A DNA stretch of 64,000 bases from Octopus vulgaris. Taxonomy: Eukaryota. Below, in pieces: positions 26,816 to 38,280 of the stretch. Made by a program: the position numbers and the translations under genes. Under the pieces are notes generated by a model. It saw nothing but the letters and a program-made list of their open reading frames with translations, had not been told where the DNA came from and made no database searches. How positions within the stretch are numbered: the first letter of the stretch is position 1; each line of letters starts with the position of its first letter. The DNA is taken from contig OX597839.1 of the NCBI GenBank assembly GCA_951406725.2, positions 38,440,001 through 38,504,000 of the forward strand, read 5' to 3'.

Positions 26816-27456
26816 ATGTATATCCATCTTTGTCCATTATTCAGGGATGAGATGTGGGGGTAGAATCATCAAGTACTTCCTCCGTAGTTTTCTAACAGAA
26901 GTTTTGTGGCTGGATTCTCAAGAGTGACAGAGATTATGGATGTTATAGTACCATCTATCTTTTTCTTGGTCTACCCCCTAGATCCACAAGTTGTCTCAGC
27001 TTGAAGAATCTATCTTGAGGTTCTTTCCTACGACAGTCTAATCCAATGGTTCTCAACCATTTTTTTTATCTATGGACCCTCTTTGATTCCCTTTTTGGTC
27101 CCTCATAGCCATTTGATGTTTTTAAAAAATCTCATATTTTTAGAATTAAATTTTATTAGGAATTGCCAAAAAATTTATCATTTGGTGTTTTTTAGATGTA
27201 TAAGCAATTTATTGCGCATAAATTTGAGCAAAAAAATCTTATATGGACCCCGACTAAGACCAGCTGTCCTAATCACATCCATAATACCAAAGCTGTGACT
27301 TCTAAATGCAGAGAAGTAGCATAGTGGCCTGGAGAAATCCCTGATCTGCAAGTTCTCAACTCTGCTGAGTGACATTACTCTATAGATCCTTTGGAAGAAT
27401 TCCATTTGGTCACTTGGTTTTCTCAGTCATACACTTCCGGTCATTACTCAACATAT

Positions 27457-27816
27457 AGGCATAGGAGTGGCTGTGTGGTAAGTAGCTTGCTTACGAACCA
27501 CATGGTTCTGGGTTCAGTCTCACTGCGTGGCACCTTAGGCGAGTATCTTCTACTATAGCATCGGGTCGACCAAAGCCTTGTGAGTGGATTTTGTAGGCGG
27601 AAACAGAACGAAGCCCATCGTATATATGTGTTTGTTCCCCCAACATCACTTGACGACCGATACTGGTGTTTATGTCCCCGCAACTTAACAGTTCAGCAAC
27701 AGAGACCGATAGAATAAGTACTAGGCTCACAAAGAATAAGTCCTGGGGTTGATTTGCTTGACTAAAGGCAGTGCTCCAGCATGGCCACAGTCAAATGACT
27801 GAAACAAGTAAAAGAG
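27457..27816 (+). mobile_element. SINE family A
   Basis: Full-length copy just upstream of the first RCC2 coding exon. Confidence 0.85.
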
Positions 27817-28056
27817 TATATATGACCCGGGATGATGGTAGGCACAGAAACCGAATTGAAGATAGCAAGTTTGAATCTTTTACCAGAGTGATTTTGTATC
27901 AATTTGGTAGGCATCGTCCATGTAACAAGATGTGTTGTTTTTATGATTATTATTATTAATGTCTGTTCTTTTCATTCCTTTGTGTCCTTTCTCAAAGACC
28001 TGTGACGCTGAAGAATTAGCGGTGAGTTTGCAAAGAGGGAAGAGAATTAAGCAACA

Positions 28057-28194
28057 ATGCCTCCAAAGAAGAGAATTGGCGATGATGACGCCAGTTTAAA
28101 TGTGAAAAGACGTCGGAAGAAGAATGGCGAAGACATGGAATTCGGTAACAATTCCAGTTTAGATGCTGATTCTGATGATGAAAATTTGGATATT
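28057..28194 (+). CDS. RCC2: RCC2 coding exon 1 (MPPKKRIG...DENLDI), basic NLS-like plus acidic N-terminus
   Basis: ATG at 28057 in ACAATG context. Donor GTAAGT at 28195, phase 0. An upstream acceptor (tcctttctcaaAG at 27996-97) implies a further 5' UTR exon. Confidence 0.85.
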
Positions 28195-31100
28195 GTAAGT
28201 TTAAGATATCTTTTCTTTTTTTTCTCTCTCTCTCTCTTTTATTCGTTTCAGCCCAAAGACTGTGGCCATGCTGGGGCACTGGTGTGTAAATATGTGCTTG
28301 TGTATATCTTCTGGTGTTTGTTTCAGTTGTGGGATTGTGGCCACCTGGAAGGGTTTTAGTCGAACAAATCAGCTCTAGCATTTACCCTTTTTTTTCCCCC
28401 CAAGCTTGTTACTTATTCTATCACTCTCTTTTGTTAAGTTACAGGGATGTAAATAAACCAGCCCTGGTTGTCAAGCAGTGGGCGGGGACAAACGTGTATA
28501 TGTATATTCATATATATATATGTGTGTGTGTGTATATATATATATATATTAATCAAAATAAAAACATGATGCCAAGAATTCAGCGGTACATATGTTTCGG
28601 GCCTTTATTAGACGGATTTATAACAATGCATAATGTGTGTCTATGGCCTTCTTCAGCCGCGCACAATTACTACCTCAAGGACATGTATTACATCAAAAAT
28701 TCTACGTTGGGGATGCAAATCCTCTCATTCGCGTACGACATAATGCGGCAACAGCACAAAAATGAAGCGTCCGACGAGATGGACGCTTCATTTTTGTGCT
28801 GTTGCTGCATTATGTCGTACGCGAATGAGAGGATTTGCATCCCCAACGTAGAATTTATGATGTAATACATGTCCTTGAGGTAGTAATTGTGCGCGGCTGA
28901 AGAAGGCCCGAAACATATGTACCGCTGAATCCTTGGCATCATGTTTTTATTTTGATTAATTTACTCCACCAAACGGTATATACAGGTGCTTACAATTATC
29001 AAGTACTCACCCTGAATTTATATATATATATATATATATATATATCTGAAGCTCACTTTGAGTTCAGTCCCACTGTGTTGCATCTTGGCTAAGTATCTTC
29101 AAAAGCTCCAGTCTGGTCAATACCTTGTGTGTATAAGTACTGGGGTAGATTTGTTTGCCAGCCCCTGTCAAACCATCCGACCCATGGCAACAAAGAAAAA
29201 CAGATATATAGGCGCAGGAGTGGCTGTGTGGTAAGTAGCTTGCTAACCAACCACATGGTTCCGGGTTCAGTCTCACTGCGTGGCACCTTGGGCAAGTGTC
29301 TTCTACTATAGCCTTGGGCCGACCAAAGCCTTGTGAGTGGATTTAGTAGACGGAAACTGAAAGAAGCCCGTCGTATATATATATATATATATATATATGC
29401 GTTTGTGTGTCTGTGTTTGTCCCCCTAGCATTGCTTGACAACCGATGCTGGTATGTTTATGTCCCCGTTACTTTGCGGTTCGGCAAAAGAGACCGATAGA
29501 ATAAGTGCTGGGCTTACAAAAGAATAAGTCCCGGGGTCGAGTTGCTCGATTAAAGGCGGTGCTCCAGCATGGCCGCAGTCAAATGACTGAAACGAGTAAA
29601 AGAGAAAAGAGACCGATAGAATAAATGCTGGGCTTACAAAAGAATAAGTCCCAGGGTCGAGTTGCTCGATTAAAGGCGGTGCTCCAGCCTGGCCGCAGTA
29701 ATGATGAGGATGGATGTATGCTTGTGTCGTGTCTTGACAGCATGTGATAGTTGTCCACAAGCTGTGCCATCTTCGAAAGCCAAGTATCGCTCGTTTCCAG
29801 TCATCCATGAAAAACGTTGTCCAACCATGCGGAGGAAACATTGGCTTTGCATTTCCTTGATCGGAAAACTGGTGAAGGCTATGGCACCACGAAAGGGCAT
29901 TTGGCTGTAAAAAAAAAGAGAGAAAAAATCTGCCTTGATGAATGCTGTGTGGGTGATGCAAGTATGGAAACGGGGCCATAAAAACGATTTTGATGTTTTG
30001 TATTATTATTATTATATATCAGAAACTGGAAGGGTCCCTCGTAAACGGAGAAGTGTTGTTTGCTGGTGGTACCAATTGGTGTATGGTTGGACGCAGCCAT
30101 CTACCTAAAGGAGGTCAGTTTTCTTTCTTACTTTTTTTTATATTTTAACAGTCCGATGGACATGCTACTAAAGTCACTCTTTTTATTTATTTCTAATTGC
30201 TGTCTCACCTCTGTAAGCACCCTGTCCCCTCTCTTCGCTATGTCCCTACTCTACAATCAATGTCACACTCCACTCGGCACTCATTGTGCTACACTCCACC
30301 ATACACAATCAGTATTACATCCCATTCTATACATTAATACAGGGTGGGCCAAAAGTTATGCACACAAAATAAGTTCAATGCAGTCGGGAATTGTCTCAAA
30401 GATAAGCTTTTTTTTTTTTCTTGTTTTTTTTATAAAATTAAATAAAATGCAAAAATGCATTGTACCGCTGAGTCTCCCTGAGAACGACATTAAAGGTACA
30501 CGTGTCTGTGGAATACTCAGCCACATGCACATTAATTTCACGAGCAGGCTGTTCCATTGATCAGGTCAACTGGAACACTTATATCCAAAAAAGTGCCTGA
30601 TCTCCCCTCTTCTAATACTTCATTCTTTGATCACAAATAACTCTTGCCATCATGACCACCCCCACCAAAAACTATTGTGATTTAATATTTTTTGTATTTT
30701 TTTTTCCTTATGTACCCACAGTGAAGAACGGTGGCGGTCACAACCTATGGGGACCGCATCGTATAGCCAACCTTTGCGGAGTGAGGGTGCGTACAGTGGT
30801 TTCTGGCTGCACAGCTTGTCATTGTGTTGTCATCACAGCTGAAGGTCAAGTCATGACATGGGGTGAGTACCAGTTTTATTTGCGTGTGTGGGTTCCTGTT
30901 TTGTGCATCCAGTGAAAAATGGTGTGTTGGGTGACTGAACAGGTTGACAATTGGAGATTAAGAACTAGATCCTGGGGTCACTGTGTGTGTGAGCACCAGT
31001 GTAAAATGATGTGCCAAGTAACTTAGGCATGGTGGACAAATTTTTGATTGTGTACTTCCTGAACCAGTACTTCTATTACTAGGAGCATTCCTTCTATGAC

Positions 31101-34100
31101 CATCCTGGCAGGATGTAATCTGAGGAAGATCTGGCTGCTATTTCTAGGATTCAGATTGGGTTGGCTGTCACTAATGCCATTCAAAGTTCTTCTGATATGC
31201 ACTTATATATAACTGAAGGCCCGTAGCCTAATGGTTAGGGTGTTGCACTCTTGTTCACAAGATCATGATTTCAATTCCCAGACTGGGTGGTGTGTTGTGT
31301 TCTTGAGCAAAACATTTCATCTCTCATCTTTTTTTTTTTTAATTCTTAATTGCCCACAAAAGGCTAAACATAGAGGGGACAGACAAAGGGACTAAGTCAA
31401 TTACATCGACCCCAGTGCATAACTGGCACTTAAGAAAGGCAAAGTCAACCTTAGTGGAATTTGAACTCAGAACGTAGCGGCAGACAGAATACCTATTTCT
31501 TTACTACCCACAAAGGGCTAAACACAGAGAGGACAAACAGATTAAGTCGATTATATCGACCCCAGTGCGTAACTGGTACTTAATTTATCAACCCCGAAAG
31601 GATGAAGGGCAAAGTCGACCTCGGCAGAATTTGAACTCAGAGCGTAGCGGCAGACAAAATACCGCTAAGCATTTCGCCTGGCATGCTAACGATTCTTGTA
31701 GCTCACCGCCTTCATCTCACATTGCTCTGCAATCACTTGACTCGTGGTACACCTTGCACCTGTTCAGACAACGTTGACTTGCTGGAGAGGATGAACTAAT
31801 GTGCGGCACGAGCATTTGATCTCTACAAACAAACCATTTCCACAGGTCATTCGGCAAAAGCTGAATGCTCATTGGTTGTCTTTGACGGGGCAGTCCATCA
31901 TTATTACTCTTTTACTTCTTTCAGTCATTTGACTGCGGCCATGCTGGAGCACCGCCTTTAATTGAGCAACTCGACCCTGGGACTTATTCTTTGTAAGCCT
32001 AGTACTTATTCTATCGGTCTCTTTTGCCGAACCGCAAAGTGACGGGGACATAAACACACCAGCATCGATTGTCAAGCAATGCTAGGGGGACAAACACAGA
32101 CACACAAACATACACGCACACACATATATATATATGTGGTCGTTGCCAGTGCTGCCCCGACTGGCCTCGTGCCAGTGGCACGTAAAAAGCACCATCCGAT
32201 CGTGGCCGTTTGCCAGCCTCGTCTGGCACATAAAGAGCACCCTCTACACTCACGGAGTGGTTGGCGTTAGGAAGGGCATTCAGCCGTGGAAACATTGCCA
32301 GATCAGACTGGGCCTGGTGCAGCCTTCTGGCTTCCCAGACCCCAGTTGAACCGTCCAACCCATGCTAGCATAGAAAGCGGACGCTAAACGATGATGATAA
32401 TGATGATGATACATACATATATACAACGGGCTTCTTTCAGTTTCCGTCTACCAAATCCACTCACAAGGCTTTGGTCGGCCCGAGGCTCTAGTAGAAGACA
32501 CTTGCCCAAGGTGCCACGCAGTGGGACTGAACCCGGAACCATGTGGTTGGTATGCAAGCTACTTACCACACAGCCACTCCTGCGCCTATGTGTGTGTGAT
32601 ATCTATGTGAAACCTATCTTTTCTGTTTGCTTAATTGTTGCTGTGTGTGGTGGGCTTTCTAATGTATGTTCTTTTCTCTACACTTCTGTAACATGTGTTT
32701 CCCATCCTCTTTGTTAGGTCGCAATGAAAAGGGCCAGTTAGGCCACGGAGATGATATCCGCAAAGATAGCCCCACCGTGGTTGAAAGTTTAGCCAACGAT
32801 GTGATCATCGATGCTGCTTGTGGTAAGAACCACACCCTTTTCCTAACAGGTGAGTTGTTCATTAACCTTTTACTCTCTTTTACTTGTTTCAGTCGTTTGA
32901 CTGTGGCCATGCTGGAGCGCCGCCTTTAGTCGAGCAAATTGACCCCAGTACTTATTCTGTTAGTCTCTTTTGCCGAACCACTAAGTTACAGGGGCGTAAG
33001 CACACCACCATCGGTTGTCAAGCGATGTTGTGGGGACATACACATACATATATACAACAGACTTCTTTCAGTTTCCATCTACCAAATCCACTCACAAGGC
33101 TTTGGTCGGCCCGAGGCTATAGTAGAAGACACTTGCCCTAGGTGTCATGCAGTGGGACTGAACCCAGAACCATGTGGTTGGTAAGCAAGCTACTTACCAC
33201 ACAGCCACTCCTGCACCTATCTGATTGTTTATTTTTAAAATGACACTGTAAAGTAGGTGTGAAGGGTCACATCTGGCTGGTTTAAACCATTAGTATTCAG
33301 ATTATTTTGTCAAATGCCATCTTTATTTATTCACATTGTTTTCAATAATCATGCGTTATTTTGTAAAAATCATGCCAAAACTGACCTCACCTGTGCTGGT
33401 GTCAGGTAAAAAAAAAAATACTCAGTCCACTCTGCAGAGTGGGTGATGTTAGGGAGGACATCAGCTGTAAAAACCCTGCCAAAACAGACACAACAGCCTG
33501 AAGTAGTCTTCTACATGGCCGGTTCCTGTTAACTGTCCGACCCATGCATGCTTGGGAGACGGACGTTAAATGATGATGATGATTGTTTATGTTTTTTTAG
33601 AATGACATTCTAGGGTAGGTGTGATGGATGGGATCTAGCTGATTTCAGAGTAAAGCAGGGCCCAGAAAGGGCCAGTTTAAATGCTTTACAGGACAGGGAC
33701 CATTTTTTTCTATTTTAGCAATTGTCCCCATGTTCCTGCTGAAATAAATTGCATTCGTTTCAATTAATTATATAAAATAATGTTCCCCTCCCTTTTGCCA
33801 GTGTGTTTTTTAATTTTTCATGGTTGTTATTTTTCTTTTTTTTTTCTAGAGAGAGGTAAGGTTTATGGTTGCGGAGACAATAAGATGAGCCAACTTGGTA
33901 TTGGTCACCAGAGTCCTTGTGTACCAACCCCTGTCAGAGTGAGTATTCATTGGATTTATATGGTCTTGTTGAATACCTGTAGCCTCATTTATCACCGCCA
34001 ATGATCGAGACAAGTGTATTCTCTGCTAGAGTAGGTAGACAATCAAGAAAATGTGTGAAGATGGAAACTTTGCCGTTGCGGGCCATGACTTTGGTATCAT

Positions 34101-37100
34101 TGGATCTACCATTCCATTTACAAAATGCATAGAAATGATTAATTTATTGTGTTTTGTGAGGAATGAAACCCCTGGGATAAATGAGAAGAGATGTATTTTG
34201 TTCAGTTTTAGGGTCTCCCTACCGCTGTGAGAAATAGCAGCTAGATCTCCCTCAGATCCCACCCTACCATTTTTAACTCTTTTGTTGCCATATTTCTGTT
34301 GAGATATGTTGCCTTTGGTTCAGTTAGTTTTGAATTTAGCAGTTCCGCTGTCAATAAGGGTGGGGTGCATCTTGCTTGTTGATGTTCAATGTCGGTTCAG
34401 TTAAACTTTAACCGTTTAGCATTCTGTTTGTTCTGTCGAATGTAATGCTTATTTATTCACAATGTTTTGAATTAATCATGCATTATTTTGAAGCTTTGAG
34501 ATTTTATTGATGTGATTGTTTATTTTTCGAGTGACATTGTAGGGTAGGTGTGAAGAACGAGATCTGGCTGGTTTGAACATAAGATAGGTAGAATATTTGG
34601 GTTGGATGTGGCCAGTTTAAACACTGTAGGGTTAAGCTGTAGAGATCTCAGTAGTTCTGGCGAGCTGGCAGAGACGTCAGCATGCCAGGTGAAATGCGTA
34701 GCCATATTTTGTCTGCTGTTACGTTCTGAGTTCAAATTCCGCTGAGGTTGACTTTGCCTTTCATCCTTTTGGGGTCGATAAATTAAGTACCAGTTAAGCA
34801 CTGGGGTCGATGTAATCGACTTAACCCTTTTGTCTGTCTTTGTTTGTCCTCTCTATGTTTAGCCCCTTGTGGGCAATAAAGAAATAAGTAGTTCCAACAA
34901 GCTTATGATGGCCACAGGCACTGCCCCTTTCTTCCATAATTTACCAAATCAAAGCTCAGCTAACCCATCTTTTCTTTATTTTCCTCGATACAGATCCATT
35001 ACAAAGGTCCACCAGTGCGGAAAGTGGCCTGTGGCGCAGAGTTCAGTATGATAGTTGACATACGCGGTAACCTGTACTCCTTTGGATGTCCAGAACATGG
35101 TCAGCTAGGTAAGTTTTGTGTCTCGGCAGAGCAAACATAGCAAAGGAAATGGGACAATGCCAGATTAAATTCTCTACAGGTTCTTTTTAGTTTCAGCCAT
35201 TTTAGGTTCTGGGCTGGGGTTTTGACTTGTGTAGTTTGGATTATGTGGGGGCGTGGCCGGAGTGTGGTGCTGGGTGCATAAACAGTGGCCAGTGTTGTTT
35301 GTTTCAAGTTTTCCATATTAACATGTCTGGACTGTTTGTTCAACAGACTACCAGAATTAGTAATACAAAGGGCATCCAGCTGTAGGAAACTCAGACCCAA
35401 GGGCGGCGAGCTGGCAGAAACGTTCGTACGCCAGGCAAAGTGCTTAGCGTTATTTCGTCTGCTGCTATGTTCTGAGTTCAAATTCCGCCGAGGTCGACTT
35501 TGCCTTTCATGCTTTCAGGGTTGATTAAATAAGTACCGGTTACGCACTGGGGTTGATATAATCGACTTAATCCGTTTGTCTGTCCTTGTTTGTCTCCTCT
35601 GTATTTAGCTCCTTGTGGGTAGTAAAGAAATAGGTATTTCGTCTGCCGTTACGCCCTGAGTTCAAATTCCGCCGAAGTTGACTTTGCCTTTCACCCTTTC
35701 GGGGTTTCGAGGCTATGGATCGGGAGGGGCACTGTTGACTGGATGCATTGTCAAGTTTGATCAACCCTGGCTGGGTCACCTGAGTGAGGGTGTCCGATGT
35801 TGAAAGATCTAAAGCATGTAATACACCCAGAAAACATAACGTCGATGTGTCCAGGTGCATCACTGGATAACGTATGGAAAAACCATATATATACATACAT
35901 ATACACATAAATAATGTTCTCTCTCCATCTGTTTCTTTCAACAGGTAACAACTCTGATGGGAAATACTTTGTAACCAGCAATAAACTGTCGTTCAAGTGT
36001 GAACTGGTGCCAAAGAAACTTCATGTGTTTATTGAAAAGACCAGAGATGGCCATATCATTCCTGTCACTGATGTGGAGATTAGAGATGTTTCCTGTGGAT
36101 TGAATCACACGGTAAGGGTCATTGCTTCTCTCTCTGCACGCACACACACGTGTAATCTAGCTGTGGATTAACCCTTTAGTGTTCAGAATACTCTGTTAAA
36201 TGTAATGCTTTTTCACTCAAATTGTTTTGAATTAATCATGCATTATCTTATAGCTTTGAGGTTTCAATGATGTGATTGTTTATTTTCAGAATGGCATTGT
36301 AGGTTAGGAGTGAGAGGCCAGATATCACCAGTTTGAATATAAAACATGTAGAATATATTTGGCCGGTTTAAACACTAAAGGGTTAAATCATATTTATGTG
36401 TGTGTGTGTGTGTGTGTGAATCTGGTACGAGAATGTCCAAGGTGAGTGTCTTCCATTATAGCCGTGGGTTGACCAAAGCCTTGTGAGTGGATTTGGTTGA
36501 AAGAATCCCATTGTGTGTGTGTGTCTTTGTGTATTCATTCCCAACCGGTGTTTTGTGTTTTCATCTCCATAACTTAGAACTTAGACCAATAGAATGAGTG
36601 TCGGGCTTCAAAAATAATTACTGGGGGTCAGTTCATTCAACTAAAATTCTTCACGGCAGTGCCCCAGCATGGTCGCAGTCTAACGACTGAAACAACATAA
36701 AGACGAAAAGATGCGTATGTGAATGTGCCACATATAGGCACGGGAGTGGCTGTGTGGTAAGTAGCATGCTCACCAACCACATGGTTCCGGGTTCAGTCCC
36801 ACTGCGTGGCATCTTGGGCAAGTGTATTCTACGATAGTCTCGAACCGACCAATGCCTTGTGAGTGGATTTGGTAGACGGAAACTGAAAGAAGCCTGTTGT
36901 ATATATGTGTGTGTGTGTATATATATATATATATGTATGTATATGTGTATATATATATTTATGTTTGTGTGTCTGTGTTTGTCCCCCTAGCATTGCTTGA
37001 CAACCGATGCTGGTGTGTTTACGTCCCGGTCATCTAGCGGTTCGGCAAAAGAGACCGATAGAATAAGCACTGGGCTTACACAGAATAAGTCCCGGGCTCG

Positions 37101-38249
37101 ATTTGCTTGACTAAAGGCGATGCTCCAGCATGGCCGCAGTCAAATGACTGAAACAAGTAAAAAAGAATAATAAAAAAAAGCGTGTATATATATATATATA
37201 TATATATATATGTAGCAGAGAAATGTTAGACTCATGATGCGGGTTGGTTGTTAATTGAACTCTTTTAGTTCATCGTCTGAAGGCATCGACAGTGTTCTGC
37301 TTTCGAGGGTCGTTTTTTGGCTTAGTGATGTAAAATGACTGCAGCAAATAGGGTTATTTGCATGCAGGACGGGCATTGGATTCAGTTGTCCCTTAACCCG
37401 TTGATTTTATTGTGGGAGGTAATTCCGTATGGCAAAGTTGCAAGGGAGATAACTCCATGAAATCTAGAACGCGAGCCAATTGGGACATGGGGATTAAGAA
37501 GCTCGCTTTGCAGTTTCGTCCCAATGCGTAAAACCATGGGCCTAGTGTCTTCTACTATATCCCCAGGCTGACTAATTCCTTGTATATGGTTTTGGGAGCC
37601 TGTCCTGTGCACATTTGTGCCTTCGTGTTTGTCCCCTCTTCCTTAGTAACGGGTGTTGGTTTGAGTCTCTGTAATTTAGCAGCTTGAAACCATCATTATT
37701 ATTATTATTATCATTATTATTATTATTGAGTGAGAGAGCAGTTCAAGCCAAATATACCCATCATGACTACCCGTCTGATAAAGGTACACCAGGCACATGC
37801 ATCACAACCATATGTGCGCGACATGGTGATCTCATATCAAGATAAACAGCACATGACCTTGCAGGTGGGGCCTAGTTAGAATTTTCTTCAGGTTGAGTAG
37901 CCCATCCCGCTCAAAAGGTCCCTGAATAAGGGTTGTTTAAGGATGTTGAAAGAACCACCCATGTTTCCAGAGGTGAACTATTCAAACCCCAAAGAATCCC
38001 TCTCAACACATGGCTATGATGCTCCCCCACTACTTCTGCTCGTGATCAGAGATGCACATATCGTCAGCCACTAAGGGACATGCTCAACTGGTTACGGTCA
38101 AACAACTGACAAGCAAATCTGTGGTATTGAGCAGAATATTTGCTGTAGCCCATCTTTTATACCAAGATAAAACAATGTACATGATAACACTTCCAATCAG
38201 TTAAGATCAGAAGCCATGAGAGCCACTGCCTGGTACTGCATCAGGGCAC

Positions 38250-38280
<31 letters not shown>

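Larger units (their letters stand above)
28548..28960. repeat. Long fold-back (180-bp arm, 8-nt loop), Penelope-like pLTR relic in (TA)n
   Basis: 28548-28772 pairs with 28781-28960 with about 3 mismatches and one 45-nt indel. Confidence 0.9.

Noticed and set aside
28314-28942. Mirror-image ORFs MMPRIQRYICFGP.. on both strands
   Set aside because: A consequence of the palindrome; no coding evidence.
30338-30360. Tc1/mariner TIR-like TACAGGGTGGGCCAAAAGT
   Set aside because: No partner TIR found nearby, so no element can be defined.
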